64,000 nucleotides of DNA, taken from the NCBI GenBank assembly GCA_001724265.1, contig MEDY01000191.1:1-64000 (forward strand), in the 5' to 3' direction. The notes under the pieces were generated by a model, which saw only the letters and a list, made by a program, of their open reading frames with translations, was not told where the DNA came from and made no database searches. Made by a program: the position numbers and the translations under genes. This DNA is from Rhizaria sp. SCN 62-66 (Eukaryota). Positions 12,510-25,027 of this stretch are shown in pieces (position 1 is the stretch's first letter; every line of letters starts with the position of its first letter).

Positions 12510-14564
12510 CAGACTCTCGGCGCTGTGCCAGTGGCTGCAATGGCTGCGCCAGCGCCCGCGCGCGCCGCCGCTGCCGACGGCGTCGCCGCTGCACGTCGCC
12601 GCGCGCTTCAACTTGCCCGACGTTATCTCGGTGCTGCTGCGCGCGGGCGCCTCGGCGCTGGCCGACGCCAAGCTCTGCTGGGCCGATGCCAGCTGCAGCG
12701 CGCCAGAGATCTCGCCCGCCGCTATGGCAGCGCTCGCCGCGCACCGCAGCAGCCACGGCCCTCTGCAGACTGACGCGAGCGCCAATACAAGCGTGGACCA
12801 GACCCAGTCTCAGTCCGCGGCTCATCCTTCGGCCGCGCCGCTGTCGGCGCCCTCGCTGTCGCCCGCGGCCTCTGCCGCGCGGTCCCAGGCCTCGCAGATC
12901 TTGTCGCAGGCGCCGCCGCTCTGGCCGTGCTCCTGCGCCGCCCGCGGCTACGCGCCACGGCTGCCCAACGCCGCCGTCACCGAGGGCACGATGGTGGCGC
13001 TCACGCCACTGCAGTGCGCGCTGCTCTCGGGCAGCCGCCGCTCCGCGCGCGCGCTGCTGCGGGCCGGCGCGCTTATGCCGCCGCTGCTGCTGCAGCCGAG
13101 CCTGACCGCCTCGACGGCCCTGCTGGCGCTTCACAGCGGCAGCGGCGCCTGTGCTGCCGAGAGCGCTTGCGCCTGCGCCTGCGACCCGCTGTGGTGGGCC
13201 GTTGCGCAGGCCGCCGCGGGCGCCGCGAGCCGCAGCCGCACGAAGCGCGCGCGCGCGGCCACGCTTGCGGGCGCTGCCAGCGATGTCGCCGCTGCCGCCG
13301 CTGTCGTCGCGAACGCTGCGCACGCCGCCGCCGCCGCCGCTGCCGCGGCTGCTGTGGGCGATGCGATCGAGGCGGACGCACCTCACGGGCACGTGCACGC
13401 GGGCGCTGTGAGTGCTGTCGCGTCAGGCGTCGCGTGCGCCACCGCCATGGCCGGCACCGTGGCCGCGCGCGTGCGCGACTGGGTGACCGCCTCCGCCGCC
13501 GCCGCCGCCGCCGCGTATGTCGCCGTGGCCGCCGCCGCCGCGGCCGAGTGCGGCGCCGACGGCTCTGGCCCGGCGGACAAGCGCGCGAAGCGGCTCAAGG
13601 CTGAGGCGCAGGGCTGGCTCGCCGCCGCCGTCGCAGTCTCGGCCGGCTGGGCCGCGGCGCGCATGCACGTCAAGGGGCTGCCCACGGTCACGCTGTTGTC
13701 CCACTCGGTTACCTTGGCGTCAACGGCCACTGGGACTGAGGACAAGCTTGACACTGCTACTGCTCCTGCCACTGCGGCTGCGGACGAGGCTGAGGCTGAG
13801 AGCAATCAGGCCCCGAGCGGTGCCGCCCCGGCCCTGGACGCGAGGCCTGTCACGACGACCGTGAGCAGCGGCGAGTCCGTGCGGCGCCTGAGCGACTGCG
13901 GCGGCGACTGCGACGCGAGCGTGCATGTGGGCGTCGACGGCGACGGCGAGGGCAACGGCAACCGCAGCGACGCCCAGACGGAGATCGTTGCCGTCGACAA
14001 CGGCGCGGACCGGGACGCGCGCGCCAACATCCGCAAGGGCAAGAGCGCGCGCAAGGCGAGCGACGCGGACGTGGACTGCGACGGCAACAACAACAGCAGC
14101 AGCAGTGCGTGCCTCAACGACGACGACGACGATGTTGACGACGACGACGTTGACGACGATGACGACGACGAGGACGAGGACACGACCGGCAACGACGACG
14201 AAGAGGACGACTACGACAGCGACGATGACGACCACGAGCCCTACAACAAGAAAAACAACAACAGCAGCAGCTTCTACTTCTACAACAGCAGCAGCAGTGG
14301 GGCTTACGGTCACACCCACGCGTTCGCGAGCTACAGCTTCAAGGGCGAGCGGACGCTGCTGTCCACGCCGCCCCGCAGCGACGTTTCCTGCGCCCCCTCG
14401 GTGGCCCCGTCCAACGCCACCTCGCAGGCGCAGTCGGCGTCGCTGTCGCCGCCCCTGGTGACGCCGCCGCCATCGCTCATCGCCGCCGCCGGCCCGCCCG
14501 CGCTCGCCGCGTGGGCGCGCGCCCCCATCATTGCAGCCGCAGCTGCAACTGCGCAACAGCAGTC

Positions 14565-14595
<31 letters not shown>

Positions 14596-14868
14596 CGGCG
14601 GACGCAGCTCAAGGTTCCTGCGCTGTTGCACTTCGCGCCTGCTGCCGCGCTGGCCGCGGTGTTGGCTGTCGCAGTGTCTGTGGAGGGCGCCGGCGCAGCA
14701 CTGGCGCGGGCTGCGCTTGAAAGCGTGACCGGACCTGCTGTGCAGTGCAGCGAAGTCAGGGCGACAGCTGAAGCCGCTGCGCAAAACGCGAAGCTGGCCG
14801 GGAATGATGATATTGCGGACGTGATTGATGTGTGGTTAAATCAGAATAACTTGATCACGCAAAATTAA
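9694..14868 (+). CDS. Large ankyrin-repeat protein (~1724 aa), read through two in-frame TAG codons (10549-10551 and 11221-11223)
   Basis: Three ORF-track pieces (9622-10551, 10561-11223, 11263-14868) are in one frame and separated only by TAG. Ankyrin motifs GWTPLMHAA, G*TPLMLAC, GVTAMHFAA, GATPLLLAA, SPLHVAARFN and TPLQCAL run across all three. Ends TAA. Confidence 0.85.
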
Positions 14869-15187
14869 CACTTTCTTTAACTGACTTTACTGCCTACCTA
14901 ATAATACACTTTTTCTTCAAGTCGACAGCGCGTCTTTTATCACAATTTGAGCCGACCTTTGTCGTCGTGGAGTGGCGGTCTGACTGTGGGTCCATTGCCG
15001 AAGTCGTGGAAGCTCTTGCTGACAGGGGCAAGCTCGCCTCAATTGAATGATCAGAATCCGTCTCTACCTCTCGTCTAAAGAAGTCGTTGTTTTGATATAC
15101 TTCCTGAGATGCGCTTTATTTTTTGATCATTTGCTGTTTCTTACATGCGCTTTGTCTATCCTTCTGTATCTTTTGTTCGTCATAGGT

Positions 15188-16534
15188 ATGTCCGACACCG
15201 AGGAGGTACCCGCCTCCGCAGTCGTCGCGCCTGCGACCCCCGTCCCCGCTTCGTCAACCCCGGAGCTTCCCTCCCTCCCCAAGGCGCCCGAAACTCCCTC
15301 CACGCACTCTGCGGCCGCTGAGCCTGTGACTCCCGCCGCTGCCGCTCCTGGCGGCGACGCCGCCTCGTCTCCCGCTCCTGCTGCCGCCTCAGCTGCGCCC
15401 GCTGCCGCCGCCGTCCCTGCGACCCCGATGTCCCCGGCCGAGCGTGCCGCGCAACGCCGCGCGAAGATCCTTGCGCGCGGCGACTCGCGCATGGCGTTGG
15501 TGACTGGCTCGATGAACGCCAACACGTTCCAGGTGAAGAACAGCGCGCCGATTCCCGCTGAGGTGGTGGCGGCCCACGCGCTGCCGACCCCGGCCGCGAT
15601 CGCGCCGCCCACGCCCGCGCCCGCGGCCAAGCCCGCCACCAGCAACGCTGCCGACACCGCCTCGGTCGAGGACGACGCCGACGCGGACTCGTCGTCGTCG
15701 TCAGCCGCCTCTGGCGCTGCTGATGCCGACAGCAGTCTGCGCCAGCGCAAGCCCGACGCCGCCCCCGCTGCTGCCAAGCCCGCGGCCGCCACTGCTGCCG
15801 CCAAGCCCGCTGCCGCGGCCCCCGCCGCCGCAGCTGCGGCCGCGCCGTCCGTGGTGACGCCCGCGCCGCTGCCGTCAGCGCTGACGAAGCCGATCCCCGC
15901 GCTGCGCACGTACGCGAAAGCCGAAACGGTGCTCCGTCTGCTGGGCATCTTCGTCCTCGCCTGCCTCTTCTCCTCCGACCCGGGCGCGCCCGCCGTGGCC
16001 GTCCCCGCCGCGGGCGCGGGCTTGGCCGCCGTGCAGGGCTACCTGGCTGCGGCGGGCGGCGCGCTGTCCTCAGCCGCCATGGCCATCCCCTTCGCCTCGG
16101 CGCGCCCCGTCGCCGCGCTCGTGATCCTCTACCTCTGCTACGAGGCCGCCGTCGCCTGGGTGCTGCGCGCGCTGCGGGCGCGCTCCAAGGCCGAGGTTGC
16201 GGCCGCCATGGCCGCTGCCAACGCGGCGCTGCCCCGGGGTCCGCTGATGGGCTCCCGCGCGGACCCTGCCGCTGCGACGCTGGGCCTCATGACGCCGATG
16301 GGCGGTGCGGGCGGCGCCGGCGGCGACGCGGCGGCGCTGATGAACCTGCTGGACAAGGCAGCCGGGCAGGCGGACGTGTTCACGGCCGGGCTGGGCAACT
16401 CGTTTGCGGGCAAGGCGATCGCGTGGTCCGGCACGGTCATGTCGACGTACAAGACCGGCAAGGCGCTCGTTGACGGCTTCTGCTTCCTCGTCGCCGTCAC
16501 CACCGTGCTCTCTGCCGCGCGCGCGCTCGTCTGA
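15188..16534 (+). CDS. GET2/CAML-like tail-anchored-protein insertase receptor subunit
   Basis: N-terminal basic motif AERAAQRRAKILARGDSRMALVTG resembles the GET2/CAML Get3-binding RRxKIL..R(L/M)..(I/V)TG motif. A disordered linker leads to about three C-terminal hydrophobic segments. Ends TGA. Confidence 0.65.
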   Translation: MSDTEEVPASAVVAPATPVPASSTPELPSLPKAPETPSTHSAAAEPVTPAAAAPGGDAASSPAPAAASAAPAAAAVPATPMSPAERAAQRRAKILARGDSRMALVTGSMNANTFQVKNSAPIPAEVVAAHALPTPAAIAPPTPAPAAKPATSNAADTASVEDDADADSSSSSAASGAADADSSLRQRKPDAAPAAAKPAAATAAAKPAAAAPAAAAAAAPSVVTPAPLPSALTKPIPALRTYAKAETVLRLLGIFVLACLFSSDPGAPAVAVPAAGAGLAAVQGYLAAAGGALSSAAMAIPFASARPVAALVILYLCYEAAVAWVLRALRARSKAEVAAAMAAANAALPRGPLMGSRADPAAATLGLMTPMGGAGGAGGDAAALMNLLDKAAGQADVFTAGLGNSFAGKAIAWSGTVMSTYKTGKALVDGFCFLVAVTTVLSAARALV

Positions 16535-17365
16535 GTGCGCACTGGGCGAGCCAGCAACGCACGACGCGATCTCAGTTGTGTGTTGTTGGTGTTGGTGTTG
16601 GTGTTGTGGAATGATTAGTCGCAATACTCACGGTGATACTTGTGAGGGGCCAGAAAGTGCTTTCCGCAATTTTGGGTATACCCTACACTGGTGTTGTTTA
16701 TTAAGTCAGATTTTTGTATGTCTCTCTATATAATAAAACCTAAATATTTGAAAATGATCGATTTAATGACTGTTTATCCAATCATATCGTCAATTGTCGT
16801 GCAGTTTGCCAGCCGTTGAGCAAGTCCAAGGTGACTGTGCGAAGAAAGTGCGCACAGTCAAGTTTTGAAGAGACGTTTTTGGGTTCGAGTTGCAATCGAA
16901 ATACGATAAAATTTTGGCGATAACTGCGGATTATAGCGCATCAACTAGAACACTACTGCATTCTTGTGCAGTATACCCGCCTGCATTGTTTGTATTCTCC
17001 GCCTGCACGTATCTATCGCGCTATCCAGAGTCTTTTTGCTCTGCATGTCGGCATGTCGGACGACGCGCCGCCAGCCTTCATGCAACTGTGTTTTGCTCGC
17101 TTTTATTATGCTAAAACCTCATACTATGCACATGAACATAATATTTAGCTTTCTACGTTTATGTTTCATCAGTTCTCTCGGGTTATTCATCATGAATGTC
17201 TCACAATCACGCCTATCTTCGAACATCTTCCCATTGTGGGCCTCCTTTCCACGCACAGCGCCTGGGCCTGTCCATTAGAACCATCTTTTGATTATCAAAA
17301 GAAGCTTGAAATTGCATCCTTTTAAGTACCCAAACTGTCCCTCGGGCTTTTTTATCTAAGCCGCT

Positions 17366-20300
17366 ATGTCTGATCACTCTCCTAAACGGAACAGCCCTCT
17401 CACGGGCACTGCATCTTTCTCGGCCTCGGCTTCGGCTGAGCGCCCCCCGACTTCGGCCTCGTCTTCAACTCACCAGCACTTGGCCTCAGCCGCCGCGCAC
17501 TCGTCCTCGATGCCCCCACCTGCTCTTCTGCGCGCCGCGTCCCCGGCATTCTACTACTACTCGTCGATGCAGCCGCCGTCGCCGTCGCCGTCCACGGCGG
17601 CCTACTCCGCCTTCCCGCCCCCGCTGCTGCCCGCGCCCGCGGCCGACGCGCTCTTCGCTGAGCCGCACCACAGCGCCGGCGCGCTGGACCTGGCCGTGGC
17701 CGAGGCCGCCGTCGCCGCCGCCGCGCAGCACCAGGGCTGCGTGATGTGCTCGCCGCTCGCGCCCCTGCTCCCCGTCGCGCTGCCTGCTGTGCAGGCGCAG
17801 CAGCACAGCGCCTCGGTGACGGCGTACCACAACGGCCAGCAGGGCCAGCCGCAGCTGCAGGAGCCGCAGCCTGCGGGCGCGCCGCCGCGGACGCGCACGC
17901 GCGCACGCATCGTCATCTCTGGCCTGTCGCTGGGGCTGCCCTCGAACCCGGCCAACCCGGGCGCGGCCGTTTTCTCGCCCGACAACCTGCCCTCGCTCTT
18001 CCGCGGCGACCTGCGCATCCAGCCGCTGACGGACGCCGACACGGACGCGCTTCTGTCGATGCGCCCCTTTGCGCTGGGCAAGCCGCCCGCGCCGGGCGCC
18101 GCGCGGCCGAAGCAGTACTACTCGCGCGCGGGCCCCATGCTGCGCGTGCATGCGCGCCTTACGCCCGGCGCGTTCGACCTCTGCGCCGAGTACGGCGTGC
18201 CCGCCTTCGTGGCCGAGGCGCTCGACGCGTCCTTCACGCTCGCCATCGCCGCCGGCTTCGAGGCCCTCCACGACGCAGGCATCCCCGTCCTCTCGGAAGA
18301 CATCGTCGACGACAGTGCAGCTGCCTCGGGTGCCGATGCGCCGCCGCCGCGCCGCCGCCGCCGCGCCGCGCCGCTGCCGGAGCCGCTGCAACGTGACACG
18401 GGCGTGATCTTCGCATCCTCGTTCCCGGGACTCGAGTCGCTGGCCGAGGAGGCCGAGGCCGTGGGGCTGGACCGCGCGCGCGCCGCCGTGGCCGCCGCGC
18501 TGGCCGAACGCGCCGCGGACCCGCGCGTGGCGGCCGCCGACGCCGCCGCGCGCGCCGCCGAGGCCGCGCTAGGCCCCGCGCCCGACGCCGACACCGCCGC
18601 CCGCGAGGCCGCGGCCGCCGCGCGCGTCGAGACGATCTCCGAGGCCGAGGCGATGCTCGCCAAGGGCTACGCGGACGCGCGCGCCGCCGCGCTCGCCGCC
18701 ATCGACCGCGCCCACGGCAAGACCGGCGCCGGCGGCTCCACCGGCAGCTCCACCACGGGCACTGCTGTTGCAGTCGAGACCGACGCGGCGACGGAGGCGG
18801 TGCTGTACGAGTACAACCGGAAGCTGCTGTTCCGCGTGTTGGTGATGGCCAACGCACAGCTGGCCGAGCTGATCCGCGCGCGGGGGCCCAACACGCAGAC
18901 CAACGCTGCCTGCGCCGGCACCTCGCAGGCGCTCGCCATCGCAGAGGACTGGCTCGCCGCGGGCCGCTGCGCGCGCGTGCTCGTCGTCGCCGCCGACACG
19001 CCCACCTCGGCGCGTCTGCTGCCATACGTGTCCACGGGCTTCATGGTCCTGGGCGCGGCCTCGACCGTGGCAGCGCCCGCAGTGGCCGCCGCGCCCTTCG
19101 ACGTGCGCCGCAAGGGCATGATCATGGGCGCCGGTGCCGTCGGCTTCCTCGTCGAGACCATGGCCTCCGCGCGCATGCGCGCCCCGCACCTCGCCGGCGG
19201 CGGCTCCGCAACCGCGACTGCCGCGGCGGTGCCGGGCACGGGCACGCCGGCAGAGTGGTGCCCGCGCGCGGAGCTCCTGGGAGCGCACGTCGCCAACTCT
19301 GGCTTCCACGCCACGCTCATCGACTCGCAGCACGTCGCGCGCGAGCTCTGCGCCTTTGTCGAGTGCATGACGCGCGTGCACCGCGGCCGCCTGCTCCGCG
19401 GCGCGCGCTACCGCTCCGACGGCACCGTCGCCGGCCTCGCCGCCAACGGGCTCGCGGGCGTCTGCAATCTCAAGCCCGTCGCCGCCGCCGCGCTCGCCGC
19501 AGCCAAGCCCGCGCCCGCCGCCGCCGCTGCCGTCGGCGACGGCGCAACTGAGACAGCTGAGGAGGCCGAGGCCAAGAAGGCCGCCGCCACCAAGGCCGCT
19601 GCCGCCAAGGCCGCCGCGCTCGATGAGGCCGTGGCGGCGGCCGCGCTCGCCGCCGCCGCGCTGCCCAGTCCCGACGACGACGTCCCCGCCGCCGTCGTGG
19701 CCGCCGCTGCCACTGGCTCTGCCGCGTCCGCGCCCGCTGCCCCCGCGGACGAGGCGGCGGACGCGGCGCTGTTCGCGCCCGTGGTGGGCGGCTACTACCA
19801 CGCCCACCCCTCCGGCTACCCGGCCCCCAAGCCCGCCTGCGACGCGGCTGTCGAGAAGGCGCCCGCCGCCGCCGTCGCGTGCGCTCCGGCGGCCAAGTGC
19901 GGGGCAGAGATGCCCGCGCCGTCGCAGGTGACGTACTCGTACGCGGCCTCGGCGGCGCGCGCGCGCCTCTTCCGGCGGCGCCTGGCGCGGCGCCTTGCCT
20001 TTTTCACGCACGAGACTGGCACGGCGTCGTGCGCCAAGTCGGAGCTCATGGCGCTGGAACTCGCTCTGGGCCGCCGCGGCAAGGCCTCGACGCTCGTGTG
20101 CAACACCAAGGGACTCACGGGCCACGCCATGTCGGTCTCGTTCGAGGACGTCGCCGCCGTGGGCTCGCTGCACCACAAGCTGGCGCCGCCCGTGGCGAAC
20201 CTGGCGCGGCCCGACCCCGCGCTGGGCTCGGCGACCTACTCGCCCGGCGGCGCGCATGACCGCACGCTGGCGCTACGCTTCGCCGCCGGCTTCGGCTCGC

Positions 20301-22080
20301 AACTCATCTTCCTGCTCTTCAAGGCCTGGGACCCCAGCGACGTGGCCGACGCCGACGTGGTCGCCACAGCCTCGCCCGTGCCGCTGCCCGCGGCCGCCGG
20401 CCCCATGCTCTTCCCGGTGGTGGCGACTCAGCTCGACGACGACGACGTCGACGCCATCGCCGCGCTGCCGCCGCGCCGCCCCCCCACCCCGCCCGCCGCC
20501 AACGCGGACGCCGCCGCGGCCGCCGCGGCCGCCGCCGAGGCGCAAGGCCTGTGCCCGCAGGCCGAGCGGTATCCGCGCTGGCCCGCGCCTGACGCCGTCC
20601 CCGTCGCGGACGCAGCCTCTGTCTCCGGCGCTGCTGGACCTGTGCCTGCGTCTGCGTCTGGGGCGACTGAGGTCACGGACGCCGCGGAGGCCGCCGTGCT
20701 TGCGGTGATTGCGGGAGCGCCTCAGCTGACCGCCTCCCCGTCGCCATCATCGTCTCCGGCGCCCTCGCTGCCCGCCTCGCCCAGCCCCCGCGCGCCCTCC
20801 ACGCTCCCTGCCGCGCTCTCGGCCCACAGCCACAGCGCCGCCGCCGGGGCTGCCGCCGGAGGCGTCGCCGGTCTGTCGCTGTCGGCGCCCGCGTCGGGCG
20901 GCCAGCTGCCTCTGGCGGCCGCGGGCATCCCCACGGTGCCGTGGTACATCTCGCCCCGCGCCCTCTGCGCGCGCCACCGCGCCGCCGCCGCCGCCACGGC
21001 CCCGCCTGCCGCGGTCGCCGCCTACGCAGCCGCCGCCGCCGCTGGTTCCGGCTCCGGTTCCGGCTCTGGCGCGAGCTCGAGCGCGAGCTCGATGCACGTC
21101 AAGACGCTGAGCGGGAGCGGCGGGCGCGCGCCAGTGCCGCTGCCACCGTCGCTGCCCTCGTCGCGCAGCCACTCGAACATCGCCGGCATCGCCACCACCA
21201 TGGGCTTCAGTGCCAGCAGCGCCAGCGCCAGTGCTTGTGCCAACGGCAACAACAAGTACAACGCGTCGACCCGCGCCTCCGTCCATACCACCGTCGGCCA
21301 CGGCCACTCTGCTGCCGGCGCTGCCGCGGTGAGCCCGAGCAGCGCGTCGTTCAACGCCAGCGGTCCGGGCGTCACCATGGGCTCCGTGGCCACGCTACCG
21401 CCCCCGCGCGCGCACCGCCGCTCCGCGGGCGCCGCGGGCACCGGCTCTGCCGCCGGCGCCGGCGCCGGCGCCGGGGCCTTGGACTCGGACTCGGACGACT
21501 GCGGCGCCAGCGACGGCGGACTGCCCCGGTCCTCGTCCCGGTCCTCGTCGCCCTCGCGCGCCTCGGCCGCGTCGGCCGCCGCCGCCGTGAGCGGCCGTGC
21601 GCGGGTGACCGAGGTGGACGGCAGTGCGCTGGCGACGGCCATGATGACCGCCCGCAACGCTGAGGACGGTATGAACGCGCCCGCGGCGCCCGTGGCGGTG
21701 CCGGCTTCCAGCGCGCGCAGCGGCCACCGCAGCTTCGTGCTGGGCGGCGGCTTCGACGACGCATCGACCGCCACCGAGGACGACGGCCACGGCCACGGGG
21801 CCGGGGCGGACAACGACGACGTCAACGGCGACGATGACGACGACGGCGACGACTCGGCCGACAGCAACGGCAGCGCGAGCGGCGCCGCTGGCGGGGCCGC
21901 GAGCGCGCTGCCGCGGCACGGAATGACGCGGTCGAGCTCGCAGTCGCAGTCGCTGCGGTCCAAGATCGCACAGCCCTTCGTGGCCGTGTCGTCGCGCATC
22001 TCCTCCTTCCTCTCGACCTTCTCCGCGCCCGGGAACCCGCCGCTGTACCCCAACGGCGACGTCCGCGGCAACGCCGGCAA

Positions 22081-22118
<38 letters not shown>

Positions 22119-22231
22119 CGGCGATGGCGGTGGCCGAGGCTGAGCGCGCGGCGGAGGAGACGGAGGAGGCCGAGGCGCGCGCGGCCGCCGCGCAGGGCGT
22201 CTTCGGCTTCCACTCGAACCGCATCTGCTAA
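17366..22231 (+). CDS. Stand-alone beta-ketoacyl synthase (KS) domain protein with long low-complexity insertions and tails
   Basis: KS motifs DTGVIFASSFPG, MANAQLAELIRARGPNTQTNAACAG (catalytic Cys at 18911), APFDVRRKGMIMGAGA, FTHETGT (His at 20009), NTKGLTGH (His at 20123), LRFAAGFGSQ. Intronless 1621-aa ORF ending TAA. Confidence 0.85.
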
Positions 22232-23335
22232 GCTGCTCTCGCTTCGACCGACGGAGTGACCTAGAGCAGGGTGTCCAGTTTGTTAACACCATAAGCTCAC
22301 GTGTTACTTTCGAAACACACTTCATGTTTCTGTATCAATATTTTTGTGACGTCTCTTTTGTCTTTGCGCTTTGTGATTTGTTTCTGTTTTCCCTCAGCTT
22401 TGATGATTGCTTTCTCGCTCTTGCTCGCACCTCGCTTGCTCGTTCTGTGCATGGCTCAACGTTGCGCATGCGCTGCACTGCACACACTACGCGTGCGTAG
22501 CAATCACTTGGGGAGCGCTGCGTTGCCGTCACACACGTAACGCGTGCGGCACGCGTGGGCCCTCTCTACCTCTTTCTTCCCTTTCTGTTTCAGAAACTGC
22601 ACGTCTTTATCATGATCGTCATCATTATCTATCGCGTGCTCATCCCCTGTGGTCATTTTTTGTGTTTCCGTCCAATCACTTCATGATACCTTTTTTAAAT
22701 CCAGTGTATTTGCGTTTGTTTGTTTGTTCCCCTTTCGTGTTTTGTGTGTTTCGTTTTTTTGGTTTTTGTTCCCAGCTCCGTCCAGAGCCAAGTACGCTAT
22801 GTACACGTCATGTAAATCCCCCATCCTCAATTTTTATAACAACTCACAATCAATCCAATCGAGTCATTAATACCATGTGTCCATCTGACTTCTACTGTCT
22901 TAACACCCTCTTCTTCGTCATCAAGCATTTGTGGTTCAATCAACAATGTACATTTGCATTTACATTGCTGTGCCTCTGCGCCACTTTACTTTCATTCAGT
23001 CAACAACTCCCTCAACAACATAGTCTCCTCGTCTTACATAACACCTCAATAATAAAGCCATATTTACCACCCATCGCTTGTCTTAGTGTCGTATTCTGTG
23101 ACCTGAATGTTTCCGTGTTCTTTGTGTATTCTTGCATCGAGTGAGCAAATAAATAGCAATCAGCATTCACGTACGTACGTGCTTGAAGGGTGTGTCTATA
23201 AAAAAAGTGCAAGTCGGTCAGTCCGTGAGCGAATTGGGTTTGCAAACGAACTGGCCGCCCGCGCCGTAATATGCAGACAGGATCGGTCTCCGCTCAGACG
23301 TCGCTGTGAGTCCTGGTCTCTGCGCCCCCGCGCGC

Positions 23336-24310
23336 TCACGCGTCGGCCTTCTTGCCCTCAGCGTCAGCCGCGGCAACGCCGGCCGCGGCGCCGGCCGCGG
23401 TGGGGAGGCCCGCGCCCGCGCCGGCCGAGTCGTAGAAGACGTAGCGGATGGTGCTGAGCTTGGCGTACTGGTCGGCGATGGCCTCGGCCATCTCGTCCAC
23501 CGTGGGGAACTTTTCGTAGTTGACCTTGATGACGGGGATGATCTTGGAGATGTCGGTGAGGAAGTGCTCGTAGCCAGCGTGCAGCGCAGAGAGGTACTCG
23601 AGCGAGATGCCCGTCTCGCAGTCGCGCGAGCGCTGCTTGATGCGGTTCAGCGACTCCTCGGGTGCCACGTCCAGGTGGATGATTAAGTCGGGGCGCTTCA
23701 TGAAGTTGGACATGTTCTGGAAGAGGGAGATGTAGGTTGCATAGTCGCGCTTGTCCATCATGCCGGACTCGTAGAGCATCTGCAGCACACGCATTGGGAT
23801 CGTGGCAGAACATACAAAAGACGAATAAAAGCATTAATGTAAGGAAAATCTTAATTGAACTTGCATACAAGGTATAATTTGGCGTATACTATATATTGTG
23901 GGCATTATAAATCAACAGTCTAAGATGTTGCTGAGATATCATGATTGCGATATGTGAGTGCGTACCTTAGCGAAGATGGAGTCCTCGTAGATGGAGCGGT
24001 CCTGGACGCCACCACGGTTGCTCCAGATGATCTCCTGCTGCTGGCGGAAACGAGCGTTAAGGAGGTAGACCTGCATGGCAAATGAGTACTTTGCGGTGTC
24101 CTTGTAGAAGTCCTCGAGGTAGGTGTTGTCGGTGACGGGCTCGTAGAACACAGGCAGGTTCAGGCGCTTGCCAAGAGCGGTCGCGAGGGTGGACTTACCG
24201 GCGCCAATAAGGCCGGAGATCACGATGTGGACGTTCTTAAGCGCGGCGGCACTCACGTCGAGCTCGGGCGCGGCGACGGGGGCAGAAGACTTAGCGGAAG
24301 ACTCAGCCAT
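23336..24310 (-). CDS. Deoxynucleoside kinase (dNK family); exons 24310-23966 and 23779-23336
   Basis: P-loop ISGLIGAGKST, YEPV, YSFAMQVYLLNARF, QDRSIYEDSIF, PDLIIHLDV, RIKQRSRDCE, YLSALHAGYE. One GTACGC..CAG intron. Ends TGA. Confidence 0.93.
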
Positions 24311-25027
24311 AGCTGCGAGGAGAAAGCAGAGCATGTCGAAATGAGCGCAGAAACAGATTGCACAGTACACATATGAAATACAGCAGACACAGAAGTACGA
24401 GTTAGATATGTTATCGAATGTTAGGTGGAAATAAGAACAAACTCTGTTTAACCGAATAATACGTTGCTATGTCTCGAAACAAACTCTTCAAAGTTCGGTC
24501 GCATTTTTGGCGCGCTGAGCCCAACGACAGAGAAGCTGACTGTGAGTCCAAAAGGGATCATATAGTTTCATCATTTAACTAATGTATATCTTGCATTATC
24601 GCAATAAACTATATTTTAATGATAAAAACCAGGTTGAGAAACAAGGGACTGCAATCTTCACTTTGTAGTTACCTCATATATGCTGCCATATCCCTAAATG
24701 TCATCAAAACAACAACGAATTCCTATCGCTATGCAATGAAAACAAAGAGTTAAGTTGACAACTTTAAATTTTATACGGCTGGGCACATGACGTAGCGTAT
24801 GCGTATATTGATAACTCGATATCAGCTTGTTATACCCTCGAAAATCAGTAGATCCTCGGAGTACTCTCTGTGTACAGCAGCAAGATAGATGCACTTCAAG
24901 ATAATAGTAATCGATTCCAACAATAAACTACAAACAATGCCCGCAACCTTAAAATTAGCATTTGAAACAGACCTACTCAGGGTGAAAAACGTCAAAATGC
25001 GTGTTGGAGGAGGTGCGCGGTGTAACT

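Noticed and set aside
9694-14868. Calling the TAG-interrupted genes pseudogenes or separate adjacent genes
   Set aside because: All five interruptions are the same codon, there are no accompanying frameshifts or TAA/TGA stops, and there is no UTR or promoter-like sequence between the pieces.
22407-23144. 245-aa ORF in the spacer after the KS gene
   Set aside because: T-rich UTR-like composition, non-ATG start and codon usage unlike the real genes.
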